A stretch of 64,000 nt of DNA. It comes from Felis catus. Taxonomy: Eukaryota. The notes under the pieces were generated by a model that saw only the letters and a list, made by a program, of their open reading frames with translations, had not been told where the DNA came from and did no database searches. Numbering within the stretch: position 1 is the first letter of the stretch; each line of letters begins with the position of its first letter. Position numbers and translations under genes: made by a program. Shown one piece after another: positions 48,921 through 62,609 of the stretch. The stretch covers positions 36,334,001 to 36,398,000 of the forward strand of contig NC_058368.1 of the NCBI RefSeq assembly GCF_018350175.1, written 5' to 3'.

Positions 48921-51654
48921 AAAAAGTCATTCTTATGTTAAGTACAGTTATATAATAGAAACTAGAATTTTCTCCAATACGTTGGGCCTTGGTAGAGGGG
49001 ATGTAACTAATGATTCTGGTCATTGAAAAAAGCCTAACATTGCTTGGGTCACCATAAAACTCACCCAGCTGCATTGTCAGTGACAGAAAGAGTCGACAGT
49101 TTTATAGAGGATTGTAGTAAAGTTCTCATATTCAAGTAATTTTTATTTCTACTTCATTTACCAACTTGCTTATGTGTATTTAATATAACTAACTTAAATC
49201 ATACTGGAACACAGCAGGGAAGGAAGGCAACAAGGAAAAAGGGAAGAGAAAACAGACAAAAAGCTGAGGTCAAAAACCTAATGTCACATTAAGGAAAACA
49301 TTTTTTGAAAAACAGCTTTGTCAGTTATTTGTTTCAAGACTGCAATTAACCCATAGATTATTCATACTGAGAGCCACTTTTAATAAAATAATCCCATGTC
49401 TGTTCAAATCTCTTTATTTTTCACAATTAATATTTATGTCTTTCCTGTGGGAGTTATCTTCTTGGCTGGAAATTTAAATATCCCAATAAAAGGCCTTTAA
49501 ATAGTTTTTTCTTTTTTTTTTTTAATTAACCATCCCCTCTTCTAACTATTTATGTGTCAAACTGGATGTTTAAAATTATTATATAGATAAACCATGGATG
49601 GACCTTCATATCTGAGCATTGTACTATTGTTTTTCCATGGCAGGGAAAATGCTGATGAAATGAATATCATTCTAGGTGAGAATATTTATTTTCATCTAAC
49701 CCCTTGCAGCTCTCTGGAATGTTTTAAGGAGAATTAAATAACCCTTGAGAATTGAAATGCAAGGATGAAATTACATATTATTGTGGCCATGCTATGTCAC
49801 ATTTTCTTTTATTAAAAATGAATACATCGGTTTAGATTTATTTGACGATGGTTTATGCCTTCAGAGTCCAAGCTTTAAAGGTTCGTTCCATACAGTAATA
49901 CTTCAGCAAGATACATCTCCCTTGTCTGCAGGATCTCATTTATAAGCTAGGCTCACCGTCTGCTTCCTGCAGTAATAAACGCTCTTGCCTGCAAGATTTT
50001 AGATGAGATATTGTGTTCCCCCTCTTATCCCCTTTTCAACCCAACACCCTGTTAGAAGGGTGTTTCTTTTTTGTGGCCTTTAAAGGGAAAAAACTCACTT
50101 GACTCATTTTTCCAAAGCAGGTCTTTTAATGTGTTTGGAATTGCTTTCTGAATACTGTCTCTCATGCTACTGTTGAGGTGTTTTGTTATATGTGAGATAG
50201 AAAATAGGAAAAACCACTTAGATGGCTGCTTTCTCGATTAAAAAAAAAATACCGTTTCAATTCAATAAAAAATATTTTTCTCCAGCCTCTGTGTCTTTGA
50301 GGCTTTTGAGGTTTAAACAACTTATATAACTACTGGGAGGGGGTGGGGGGGTGTATTTAAATATGCACTGAAAGCAATGTGAAAAATCTGCCACCCAACA
50401 GCCTTAAAACCCAGTTTCACAGGAGCGATTTTTAAAATAGAAGATGATATATGCTCTCGGAGCATGCTTACTTATGTGTGCAGGGCATAAAGTCCTTCTA
50501 TTGTCCTCCCATAGACTCTCCTTCCCAGAAAATTATCAGACTCGTTTCCCAGCCATTGGTGGCTTAGAAGGCAAGGGAAGCCATGTCAGGCTCCGTATAG
50601 GGCTGGTCCGTTCTGGATGCATTCATTTCCCTGCCATGTTTCTGGCTGGTCTATCTCTTCTGCAGCTCTCTGTGCAGCTGTCCTCCCTAAGGAAGGCTTT
50701 CTGACGCAATATAGGTTTCAGAGAATTGTAAAACATTAGGAGCACAGACAGAGGATGGCCAAACAAATGTGCATTCACTCCAGTGATAAAGGCGGGAGAA
50801 GGGATGAATAGTGTCTAAGAACATGAGCACTGGCCCAAGGAAGAGCTGTCATCTGACAACGGTACCCTGGAACAGGACAGTTAGGCAATTAATAACTTGA
50901 GTCTCTATCTCCTCATCTATAAAATGGGGACAATATCTGCATTGGAGCTGGTTATAAGGTTAAAAAAGTTCCTGAGGGATTAATACATGGTATTGTTAGC
51001 ACTTTATTTTAAATATATCTTTAAAATAAAGGAACTACCATTTAAAACCAAATCTAATTACACAGACTACATAGAATTCAAGTTTTTTTTTTTCCTTTAG
51101 AGTTAAAGTCCCCAATTCCTCATCTTCCAACATTATCAAACAAAACAATAGACATAACAAAAACCTCCTGGAGGAGAGAACTTTTAGAAATCTCCATTTG
51201 AAGTGTGGAACATGAAGCTTTGGGACACATATTGTCATTTCCCCCTCAGTTAATCTGTCTATGCCCCATTCTTACTTGTCTAGCTCCATGCAGCTATATG
51301 GTATCTGGAGGCCCTTAAAAGATTTTCATTTTATTTTTCCTGAGATGATAAATATTTTGGCATGACTGATTCTCAAACGTTAAAAGACTGGAAATAGAGG
51401 GAGAAAATCAGGCCTTCCAAGTTGTAACTGGAGGAAATATTCTTAGCTCTGTTTCTCTTAGTTATGTTTGGTTTAACTGTACAACTTAATTACATTGCAA
51501 TAAAAAAGCGTATTATGAAAGTAACCACGCCAAGGACCACATACAAAGAGAGCACACTAATGCTTTCATTTATTTTGCCGTATAAGAGAATAACCTCAGA
51601 ATGATTTTCTATAATATAGAAGATAAAATATGTATAAATGGATACTGAAGGAGC

Positions 51655-52050
51655 CATAGGGCTCCTACTATGTGCTGGCATTGCATTAGATGCATTGTTG
51701 TAGATGTTCCATAGACAGACTAGTCCCTGCCTTCTCAGAGCTGATAATCATGGGAGAGAAATAAGACATTTCCACAAATATCAAAACTATAAATCATGTG
51801 GGAAGCACAAGAAAGGTTAAAAAGTATTTATGGGAACAAAAAAAATAATGGAAGTGAATACTTCCTGCTGAGACCTTTAGGAGGGCTTTGTGGAGGGGTG
51901 GCATTTAAACTGAATAGGATTTCAACAGGGGGGACAGATGAGGTTAGGATGATCCAGAAGAAGAAAAACTGTGAACAAAGGCACGAAACAGCGAGTATCT
52001 CACGTGGCTGAATACATAGGAGCAGTGAGAGAGAAGACATATTCTTGTCA
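51655..52050 (-). mobile_element. L2 fragment
   Basis: Contains ctcctactatgtgctggcattgcattagatgc...gtccctgccttctcagagctgata...ggagggctttgtggaggggtggcatttaaactg. Confidence 0.65.
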
Positions 52051-52460
52051 CATTGTGGGTCACATTGGGGAGGGTGCACATATTTTAGGGATATTGGCAG
52101 GACATGAAAGATTGGAGAAGAAGAGTAAGGAAGAAGGAAAGCTCTCAGAGGACATAAAGATATCAAGGAGAGGCCATCCTAGAGAAACCAGAAAGAGAAA
52201 GTGTTTACTGCTAGGGTTGAGGGAGGACAGTGGAAAAAAAGGGATAAAGGAAAGAACAATTGATGACATATACTATTACTCTCCTCTGGACATGTGGATG
52301 TTTCTAGGCTGATGCAGAGAGAAAAGAGGAGGTGTAAGAAGGACCTGCCAGGAAAATAACATCTCTCAGCGCTCAGCTTAAATATGACTTGTTTTAGGAA
52401 GTCTTCATGGTCCTTAGCCCTTCTGTCTAAGTTAGATCAGATTCCCCAGCTCTCTGCTCT

Positions 52461-52895
52461 GTGTTTGTCAGGATGACAAAAGGAAATAGGTGGCACACAC
52501 AAACTGGAAAACTGTTGGGCTCAACAAGGAGATGATTCGCACAGATGCATGCAGGGTGAAGGGGAGCCCACCGGGGTTGGTGAGGAATGCCGGACTGATA
52601 CATGAGGGCTGTGACTGTCCCTAGGCCCGAGGGACCAGAAAAGGAACTAGTTCCCAGGACCTGAAGAGAGCAATGCAGCTACTGCCTCCCCATGGTGTGC
52701 TGGGAGGAAGCCGGGAAGTAATTACCCTGACCTTGATCCCCTTCTGCCCTCTTATCTTCTGCTGAACCCCAAGGGAAGCCAGACAGCAAGGGAACTCGTG
52801 GGTGTGGCCCAGAGAGGTCAGCTTCCCAGGCCACAGAGCAGAGCAGGAAAAGTAGAGATGCGTATGGAAGGGCCAATGGAGATTATTTACTTTAT
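52461..52895 (-). mobile_element. LTR33-like ERVL solo LTR inside a plus-strand L2 3' end (about 52370-53120)
   Basis: Contains gaggtcagcttcccaggccacagagcagagcaggaaaagtagagatg..tggaagggccaatggagatt. The flanking L2 ends ctcaatgaacatttattgaatgaat. Confidence 0.7.
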
Positions 52896-53233
52896 GTGTT
52901 TTCATAGTTTCTTAGTCTCTTATTTAGAGCTCTTGTCACAATTATAAGTAAAAATTGAATTGCACAATTAGTTGTTCAATGTCTGTCTTTGAATTCAAAC
53001 GTAAACTCAATGAAGGCAGATACCCTCTGCAGGGTCTTTTTCTTTGAGTATTTCTGGTACCTGGCCCAGTACTTAACACATGGAAGATCTCAATGAACAT
53101 TTATTGAATGAATAAATTAATTAAAACAAAATAAACTTTACCTTCTTTAATATATATTGCAGGTGTTTTGAAAACAATAAAGTTCCAGAGAATTCAAATG
53201 AAACATACTTTACACTGAGCTTTGGATTAATTT

Positions 53234-53441
53234 AAAAAAATTTTTTAATGTATGCTTATTTTTGAGAGAGACAGAGCGTGAGTGGGGGAGGGGCAGAGAG
53301 AAGGAGACACAGAATCCCAAGCAGGCTCCAGGCTCTGAGCTGTCAGCACAGAACTTGACTCAGGACTCAAACTCATGAACCATGAAATCATGACCTTAGC
53401 TGAAGTCGGACACTTAACTGACTGAGCCACCCAAGTGACCC
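53234..53441 (-). mobile_element. Can-SINE (SINEC_Fc type)
   Basis: Antisense head ...agctgaagtcggacacttaactgactgagccacccaagtgaccc. Perfect TSD AGCTTTGGATTAATTT. Confidence 0.96.
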
Positions 53442-53919
53442 TAGCTTTGGATTAATTTTAAGCTATACCTAGGAGGAAAAACTGTTGTGTTGAAAATTTT
53501 TACTCCTAGTTGTTCCTATTTTTTATTATTTTATTTTATTTCGTTTTACTTATTTTAGTTTATTTTTTTGCTGTTTCTCTTCCCTTAACGTAGACCCTTG
53601 GGATAGATCTTTGTGTGATCAGCAACATGATGCTGAAGGTCCCTTGTATCTGTCATCATTCCACATGTAATTATCATGGCTGGCCCTATAGGAGAAAATT
53701 TCCTCACAGAACCTTTTCATGTCTCTGAATCTTCTGCAGACTGCAGAAATTGCTTATTTTATTTGTCTTGTGTTCATCAAATAATGGTCAATAAACCTGT
53801 ATTGACTAAAAAATTCACTTAAATGAGTAAGAGGATTCTTTATCAATTGCATGTGGGTCTACCAGAGAGATGTTAAATGTGAACTATGACAGTTACAAGG
53901 GAGAGACGTATAAAGAAGG

Positions 53920-56140
53920 GAGAGTCATTCATCTATTTATAATTATTATCAAGGAAACCCTATCTGCTAGACACTGTGCTAGAAGCTTGGGATATCATCA
54001 TGAACACAATAAGCATATTTCCAGCTCTGAAAGAATTTGCAGCATTATGAGAGATAGAAGGGAGTGGGGTAGAGTAGTAGGGGAGGAGCAGGTAGGGAGT
54101 GGGGGAGAGAGATCTGGCTGCCCAGAAGCTATGGAAGGGCAATTGATTCAGACTTGGGGGTGGAGTGAAGAACGAACAACGCTAATCCGGAGAGACTGAC
54201 ATCTGGGCTGTGCCTTTAAGAGTTGGAGGTGAGGTGATTAGGAGTGTATTGCATGTATAATGGATGCCATTAAAAGGTGTGCTAAAACATGCAATTTGCA
54301 TTTAAACAGATCACCTTCCAGGCTGTTTTGTGCAAAATAGACTGGAGTTGGCCAGGGGTGGAAGCATAAACCCATTAAGTGAGGAAGAAGAAGAAACAAG
54401 ATGGGAAAAAAAATGTCCCTTACATGTTTGGCTTGAGCTTCTGGAAAGACAATGTTTCCACTATGTGAACTGTGAAGACTGGAAAACAGATGATTTCAAG
54501 GGGTGGAGGATGCCTTGGACAAGTAAATTTCAGACACACAGCAGACACTGAAGTAGAATGGTGGAGGCAGAAGCCAGACCGAAATTATTTGAAGAAAAAA
54601 TTGAGAATAAAGAAGTAGAAACAAAGCGTAGAACCCATCTGGTGATATTTTGCAGAGAAAAGCAAAGGGGAAGTAATGAGAAAGCAAAAAGGAAATGTTG
54701 GGTAAAAGGAGGTTGTTGCTTTAAATAGGACAGCCAAGCTCGTCTGGTGTGCCGATGGGAATCTTCCTGTAGAGAGAGACTGATAATGTTGAAGTGAGAG
54801 GAAATAATTCAAAGGGGTGAAGTCTTTGAGAAGGAGAGAAGAGATGGCAGCCAAGACACAAGAAGAGGAAGGTAGGAAGAGGAAGAGGAAATACAGGAAG
54901 ACAGAGAACATGAGGAGTAGGTAGGTTTTTCTCTTTGGTAATAGGAAGAAGAAAGAGGTCTTAATTCTCTTTTATCAAAGAAGAGTGAGAAAAGCTGGGT
55001 TGAGGGAGTAAGAAGAGGTGTGGGAAGGTGTGAGAGTGGTTTCACACCATAGGAAAATACACTCAGTAGAGAAATGTACTAGGATTGCTAGGTACTGTTG
55101 GGTGCTTGTTTGGGGTCTGTAATAATGATCAGGATGCCACCGGTCACTGCAGAAGTCTTGAGTGTCATTTTCCTAGCATCGTTTAGCAACTTTGATGCAG
55201 GCATGTGTTCAAACAAGTTGGAGTTTTGACAGGTGAATGTGATATCTTCATCAGAGGGACAAGTTTGTTGAGGGCGGTTGCCGGGGAGCGATGGACCATG
55301 AAATCTAATCTGGGAAACAGGGATGTGAAAACAGAAAAGGAATGATGAATAGTAGAAAGTGGTTACTGACATATGTTAGAACCATGGGTAGAGGAACAAG
55401 TGAGCTGGAAAGATAGGAGGTGGTATTTGAGAAGTAGAGTAGTGAAAGTACAGTTTCAGAGGGGGTGCCATCACTGGTGATGACTAGGGTCATCGCCATG
55501 GGTGAAAATGGCTGAAGTGAAGTGTGGAAAAAATGTACTGGAATTGGAGGGGCCAAGACCAGAGAGACCAGGATGTGTCATCCTTGTGAGGTCAAACATC
55601 TCTGAGAATAATGACAGCTATAAGGGTGGGGAGGACAGTGAACCAAAATCTTCTACGAGAGGACTCTAGGAAGGAAGTCAACATTTGACAGCCAAGAAAC
55701 AGAAGAAAATGTGGCAAATAAGAAGGCAGGAGACTCAAAAGATCTGGGCTTGGTAGGAAGAGAAATGGCTTGGGTATGGAAATGAGGAGCATTTTATGCT
55801 TTCCTTCTGGTCCTGAGATGAGAGGAGTGTGTGAAGGTTGCCAGGGAGTGGTATCCTCAGGGAACAGCCAGGTACATTCCAGAAGGTGGAGAACCAGAGG
55901 ATTTTGCTGATCGTGGATCCAGAATTCATGGATCTAGAAGGCATGGGAAGGGCTAACAGAGGTCAAGAAAGGGTGAGGGATTGGGTAAGACTAGGCACTT
56001 CTATGAGGCACAGAGTCTGGAAAAGGGACAAGGAACAAGACCAGACGGTTAGGGATAAAAATGGAGACCATCTTGTGGCTACAGACAGAAACTGGGAGGA
56101 AAATGTAAATACTGGGCTGAAGACAAAGAACTATTTCTTC
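53920..56140 (-). mobile_element. Long decayed L2
   Basis: Starts with an antisense 3' end (attcatctatttat...ctatctgctagacactgtgctaga) followed by about 2 kb of purine-rich L2-like body. Confidence 0.7.
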
Positions 56141-58299
56141 TGAGGTCTCCAAAATAAATGTTTTCTCCCACTGTTTCTCTAAAATTGATATTGGCTCTCT
56201 TCGAAGGAATGAGGGGGGTGCCAGAAGCACTAAAAGGGGAGAAAAATTGAAAGGGAGAGAAAAAAGATTTCTTTCAGTCATTTACAAACAGTTTTCTTCT
56301 GATCCAAGTATCATTAACTGTTCTTTCCTGACAATTTGCAGAGGATAGAGATTTTAAGAAGAACGTAGCAATCCCTTAAAATTTCCCCCACTAGAGAATA
56401 CCACTGCTAGTATTTTTGCAACATTCTTGCCTGCCAGCCCCCAACACATATATTGGCATCTTCACGGAGATGATACATATACAGAGTATCACAGTGGGAA
56501 CGAGGAAAGCTGGAGAAGCTCACCTTCCACAGCCCTGATGGTCTCAAAAAGTGGTGAGGGGTTGAGAAGTGTCTAGGAGAGTGGCAAATGTCCACAAAGA
56601 CTGCTCTGGTGATGTCAGCAGGAAGTCAGCAAGGGATGTGTAAAGAGTTACTGTGCAACACTGAGTGCTCAGAGAGATAACTGGATTCTGCCAATTCCTA
56701 TCCGCCCCCCTCCCACCCCCCAGGATTCTCAATGTGGACATTCTGCCAACTCCCACTACTCCCCTACACCCAAATTACAAAAAAAAAAAAAAAAAAAAAA
56801 AGTCACTGGAGAGCATCAGTTACTCTAGAAAACTTACAGCAATTTTTAAAAGATCACATCAGCGAAACTGAGTTTCCAATTCTCCCCTGTAATTGCTACA
56901 TGTGGCATGATTCTCCTTCTCTCCCTAGCTGTAAGCTTAAAAATGAAATAAAGAAAAGAGGAAATTTTAAAAAAACAAATAGACTTTAATTCAGATGTTG
57001 GCACACATCATAAAAGAAGAAATGACTTAAAAGAATATGGTGGGCAACTTATTTTGTCAGATAACCGCATTGTGAGGGAAGAGGGGGCCCGACTCCCGAT
57101 CTGAACCCAGATCGTCTGCATTCACCCTGAATTAGATAACGTAATTGAGACTTATGTAAGAGTTTTAATTTTTCGAAGTCTTTCAAATACACTCTAAAAG
57201 AACTCCTAAACAAAATTTCCATACTAAAAAAAACTCACATGCTGTCTCCCCACAAAAAGTTTTTCTTTTGTACCTGTCTCCCATTCTAGTGTGTAATACA
57301 ACTCCCAATAATTCTTTTACTCTTAAGAGTCTTAGTCCCCAAGGTCACGATTCCTGCTCTTGCTTTTTCTTGACAGCACAGAAGCATGAAGTGGCAGCAG
57401 GTGCACAAAGCTGCTGACCTGGAGAGCAGAGAGGTGGACAGCTCCAGGCCAGGAGGGCTGCGGGACCCGAGCAGGTGGGCCAGGGGACGGGCAGGCAGCA
57501 GAGACAAGGAAGTGAGGAGGATTCACATCAGGGCTGGGACACCATGGGGTCTGTGGTCCCTGACCAGAGGCAGAGGTCAGGGAGAACTAGCAGGCAGGAA
57601 CAGCACCAGGCAGCTGCAAAAGGAGAAGTGTGGCACTTAACACGTCAGTGAAACTTTATCCTTGGACAAACTTCCTTCCTGCCCTTGCTTCTGAGTCTTT
57701 CTCAAGCCACAGTGGCACTGGGTAAGTAAGCAACACAAATGCATGACCAGGTAAGGGTTGTTTTTTTTTTTTTCCTTTAGATGCAGCCTGAAAAACAAAT
57801 GCATATCAAATCCTCATGAATCTTTTCCCCTAAGGTTTTGAGCTTGAGATAAAAATTCTCCTGGGTTTGTCCTTACTGAATGGATAAGGGTTCCCAGCGA
57901 ATAGATTTTTTTTCTTTTAATTAACCAGGCAATTGTATTCTTATCCATTATAAGGAGGACCCTCAAAGGACATCGTCTGCCCATGGAGTCTTATGTCCTT
58001 CAGAAACCAAAGATGTCCTCTTATCTCTTCCCCATTGCTTAAAGGGATGGGGACAAAGGAGGAAAACAGAGTTAAACCAGCACCCATGACTTTATTTCTT
58101 ATTCCCTCATTCTGATTCTTCATTGCTTTCCCTCTTTCATTCCAACTCTTCAGTTTCTGCAAATTTCTCCTCTTATGCAGTGTTTCTGTGTATTTTTAGC
58201 TGATAGCTAAATCTGAGAATAATAACAGCTACCTTTAGAATAGTGCCCCACAGAGAGTAAGTCCTCAGTAAATAATCAATTGAATTAATTTAAATATGA

Positions 58300-58520
58300 T
58301 TGTCATTATTAGGGGAATAAGCGCCTATTATATGCCAGACTGCATTTAACATTTGTGATTTCACTGTACCTTCACAGTAGTTTGAGACTGGCATTTTTCT
58401 CCCCATTTTACAGAAAAGGAAACTGAGTCACAGAACGGTTATGCTGCTTCTCTCAGCATGTACCAATGTCTGCTGTTAAATGGTGGAGTCAGGATCCAAT
58501 AGCAGCAGTCTGAACCAGAC
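58300..58520 (-). mobile_element. MIR
   Basis: Contains ccccattttacagaaaaggaaactgagtcacaga. Confidence 0.8.
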
Positions 58521-58538
58521 CTCAATGATGAGGGTTTT

Positions 58539-58773
58539 TGTTGTTTTTATTTGTTTTAATTTGAGTTATAGTTAACATACACGGCAATATAGGTTTCAGA
58601 AGTAGAATTCAGTGATTCCTCACTTACATACAACAGCCAGTGCTCGTGACAACAAGTGCCCTCCTTAGTTCCCATCACCCATCCAGCCCACCCCTCACTC
58701 ACCTCCCTCCATCAACCTTCTGTTTGTTCTCTATTGTTAAGAGTCTCTTCTGGTTTGTTTCCCTCTCTTCTCC
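58539..58773 (-). mobile_element. Severely 5'-truncated carnivore L1 (3'UTR only)
   Basis: Antisense of the same 3'UTR type as 43490-43700. Perfect 14-bp TSD ATGATGAGGGTTTT (58525-58538 and 58774-58787), consistent with a TT/AAAA nick on the minus strand. Confidence 0.92.
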
Positions 58774-58864
58774 ATGATGAGGGTTTTAAGGGCAGTATGG
58801 TCGGCATTGTAACCTATGATGGGATTGGGAGCATCAAATCTAGGAGGTTGTAAAGATATTTTGT

Positions 58865-59150
58865 GAGCATTCTTTCTAAATTGTGATTATTAACAATTTC
58901 AAACAAGTAAAAATAAGTAGAATAGTATAATAAACCTCCCTATATTATCATCCAGGTTCAATAATTATCTATCTTGTTTTATCTAAACCTGCAGTCCCCA
59001 CCATTGCCCTAAATCATTTGAAGCAATTCCCAAATATTGTTTCATGTGTAAGTCTCATATATATCTCTAAAAGATACTGACTATATTTAAAAAATCAGTA
59101 ACATTATTTCAGCTAACAATAAAATAAAATAAAATAAAAAATGAGACTAC
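58865..59150 (-). mobile_element. Old L1M 3' fragment
   Basis: Contains caatttcaaaca...gtagaatagtataataaacc...atcatccaggttcaataattatc...tttgaagcaattccca. Confidence 0.55.
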
Positions 59151-59859
59151 TCTGAGTCTTTAGATACTTAATTTTTAAAATACATACTATACCTTACAGT
59201 GGAATGGGAAAGGGAGAAAGCTGTTTTCTGATGCATAGAGGTGTCCTGAAATGTAGAAAGTCTAGATGAGATGCTTCTTTTAACTGTGGATACTCAGTGA
59301 AGGTAAGGTGAGGTGTTACAAGTAAGGAGATTTAGTATTAGGAAATATGCTGCAGTTCAAGTATTGAGATTTTCTTTTGACCTTAAATACAATGCTGGGG
59401 AAAATGGGCCTTACTATACATCTTATTCCCCATCACCAGATTTGTGACCTGCCATCTTTCAGTGCTACTGCTTTCCAAGGATACCTTTTTCTTCACGAAT
59501 TGCTACCTATTGAAGTGATGCTCATTTCAGCCACGCAGATCTGGACAGTCTTTGCCTCCACCTCTCTGGTATTTTTTTGTTGACTGCATATTCCCTGGCA
59601 CATAAGCAATCTGAAAATGGCCAGCTATTCTGAATTACACACTTATTTTAAATGTGTCTGTTTGTGTCAAATGGAGATGTTTATTTTTAGAAGATTATTG
59701 ATAGAAACTGGGGAGCAACATTTAAGTATCTTCAGTTTCCTGAAAGCACGTTGAATTCTCCATTAGATGAGCCACGAATACTGTTCACATTATCTTTCTA
59801 ACATTGCACGCTTCCTTTGTGTATTTAAGTGTTCCTCAAAGTATGTAGAATTAATGTTA

Positions 59860-60565
59860 AAAAATAAATACCTACTATGAGTCAGGTATTGTCTTAGACT
59901 TGAATATGAAATAGTAAATAAAACAGACACAGTTTCAGCCCTCTCACAAGAGACAGACATTAAACATATAATCGCCTAGAATATAAAATTAGAAACTGTG
60001 AAGGAAAAGAGCAAGATACTAGAAATAATAATGGGAAAGCCCTCTTTGAATTGGAGGAGGGAAGTGGCAGAGGCTGTTGTGAGAAAGTAATATGTGCTGT
60101 GACTTGAAGGATGACCAGAGTCAGCTAGATGAAGTGTGTGAGGAAGAGTGGTTCAGGCAAAGGAAACAGCATGTGCAAAGACCCGGAGGCATGCAATGCA
60201 AGAATTTGACAAGTTCAAGGACCCAAAGGAAATCCAGGACAGCTGAGTATAAAAGGCAAGTAAAGGGGGAGATGAGTTGGAAAAATAGGGAGGTTCTTGT
60301 CGATCACATTAAAATACTTGAATTTCATGTGAAATGAGAAGCCATTGAAAGTTGTTAAAGCTGGAGAGTGATTTAGTCTTTGAAAGTATTTTAAAGATCA
60401 CCTTGGTTGCTGCAGGGAGCTTTAGTGGAGGACCTTAAAGAGAGGAACTGGGGAGGCTAATTAGGAGGATATGGCAAGAGAATGTGTCCAAGGAGAAAGA
60501 AAGAGGCCTATAAATTGAAGGTACATTTTGGAGGTAGAACCCAGGAACCTAATGATGGATTGTTT
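59860..60565 (-). mobile_element. L2 fragment
   Basis: Contains cctactatgagtcaggtattgtc...ggcaaaggaaacagcatgtgcaaagaccc...atgagaagccattgaaag...aaagatcaccttggttgctg. Confidence 0.8.
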
Positions 60566-60573
60566 ATCTAATA

Positions 60574-60910
60574 CAGTTGACCTTTGAACAACATGGGTTT
60601 GAAATGCAGATCCACTTATATGCAGATTTTTTTTTTATAAATACAGTGCAGTATTATAAATGCAATTTCTCTTCCAAATGATTTTCTTAATAACATTCTT
60701 TTCTCTAGCTTACTTTATGATAAGAATGCAGTATATAATACAGATACAAAATACGTGTTAATAGTCATATGTCTGTCCTTATGTTATCAGTAAGGCTTCC
60801 AGCCAACAATAGGCTACTAGTTAAGTTTTGGGGGAGTCAAAAGTTATATGTGGATTTTTGACTGCACGAGGGGCCAGCTCCCTAACTCCCACATTGTTCA
60901 GGATCAAATG
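60574..60910. mobile_element. Tigger-family (Tigger2a-like) non-autonomous DNA transposon
   Basis: TIRs CAGTTGACCTTTGAACAA and TTGTTCAGGATCAAATG, with TA on both flanks. Confidence 0.88.
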
Positions 60911-61019
60911 TACAGCTTATATTGAGATAATCAACATCATTTTAGGTTTTGGGCTTTTCACATATCAATCCTAAATATTGATGGCCCTGCCACTTGTATG
61001 GTCTCATTTTAGACTGATA

Positions 61020-61240
61020 ATAATCAATAATACTCATTGAGCACTTACTGGTTGCCAAATACTGTGCTAAGTGCTCTACTTTGATATCTCATTGAATTCT
61101 TCTTCTGATCCTATGGAAAGATTTTTAGAGATTAGGAAATGGACATTTACGGAAGGTAAGCAACTTGTCCAGCCATTTGGCTTACAAATAACACATCTGG
61201 GATTCAATCTCTTTTCTCCAATTTCAAAACTTGTTTTCTT
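61020..61240 (-). mobile_element. MIR
   Basis: Contains cattgagcacttactggttgccaaatactgtgctaagtgctctac...atctcattgaattct. Confidence 0.7.
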
Positions 61241-61284
61241 AAGTACAAGCTGACGTTGCTCCGCCATACCAAAAGCAAGAATGA

Positions 61285-61818
61285 TATAATCACCTGCTTC
61301 TCAAGTGGTTCTAACAATCCCTGTCTCCTGCTGTTTACTCCCTTATAGAATCTCCTTCCTTTGTGTGTAGTATAGACCTTGTGACTTGCTTCTAATAAAT
61401 AGGATATAGCAAAAGTGATAGGATGCCACCTGGACAGTAGATTTTACAAGACTGTGATTTCAGTCTTAATAGCACTCTTTCTTGCTCCCTCGCTCTCATG
61501 CTCTGATGCAGCAAGCTGCCACATGAACTGCCTGATGAAAAGCCCACAATACCAGGAATGAGGAATAGCCCAATGTAGAACCGAATCCTGCCCACCAACA
61601 ACCACGTGAGTGAGCAGGGAAGTGGAGCCTTCCCTCCTGGAAAGTTGAGATTTCTGCTGCGAACACCTTGATTGCAGCCTGTGAGAGAATCTGAGCAAAG
61701 GTCCTAATTAAGCCATGCCCAGATTCCTGACCTACAGAAATTGAGATAATAAATATTGTAGCTTTAACCAACCAAGTTTCAGGAACAATTTGTTACACAG
61801 CAATTGACAACTAATACA
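61285..61818 (+). mobile_element. MaLR solo LTR (MLT1E/F-like)
   Basis: Contains gtgacttgcttctaataaatagga...caacaaccacgtgagtgagc...acaccttgattgcagcctgtgagag...agccatgcccagattcctgacc and ends aatttgttacacagcaattgacaactaataca. Confidence 0.88.
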
Positions 61819-62609
61819 AATGAAAATGTCAGTGTTAATGATATTAATTATCATAATATCTTGCATTTGTGTAAGGTCTCAAATTTTTGCAAAGCAAAAG
61901 CAAGTTTCAAAATAATGAAATTCGGGAAACATATTACTAATCATCTTCCCTTAAAATATAGCATCTGCGCTTGAAAGTACCACCTGCATTTTCAACAAGA
62001 AAAATTGGTTTATTCACCTGGTTTTTATTGCCTTAATTCCCATCTCTAAAACCATTTGAAACATGCTATCTAGCAAGGGACTTATTATCTTCTTTATACT
62101 AAGTTATTAGTAACAAGGCACGTTTAAACCATCTGGCCTGGATGTTCTCTTGGACTTCAAATTTGTAGCAGGCAGTTGGATTTCTTACCCTGTTCTGGGG
62201 TTTCCTAATCCCTATATCAATTCCCACTCCAAGAGAGGGACACGGATTTTAAACTGTCAATCAGTATTTTGCCAGTTGAGATGAAATATAAAGGGCAAAA
62301 AAAAAAAAAAAATTTACATAAGTCCAGGGCTCAGATTGGGCAAGACCACAAAGAATCTTTCTAAAAAGTTTTCCCAGAAGGAGCTAATTACTGTGGGAGA
62401 AAGTAATCTTCATGTTTGGCTTGAATAACCACAGAAACAACAAAATGCAAATATTTAAAAAATGATGGGAAAATTAAAAGGAGAAAAACTTTTGATTGCA
62501 CTCTCACAGGGACTTAACTTTTTTTTTTTTTTTGATGCAGTGAGTGTAAGTGTAAATGTATATACCCGCACATATACATTTACAGAAAGGGAAATAAAGG
62601 ACATATACG

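Noticed and set aside
1144..53441. tRNA genes suggested by A/B-box sequences
   Set aside because: All are tRNA-derived heads of Can-SINEs followed by CT tracts, A tails and TSDs.
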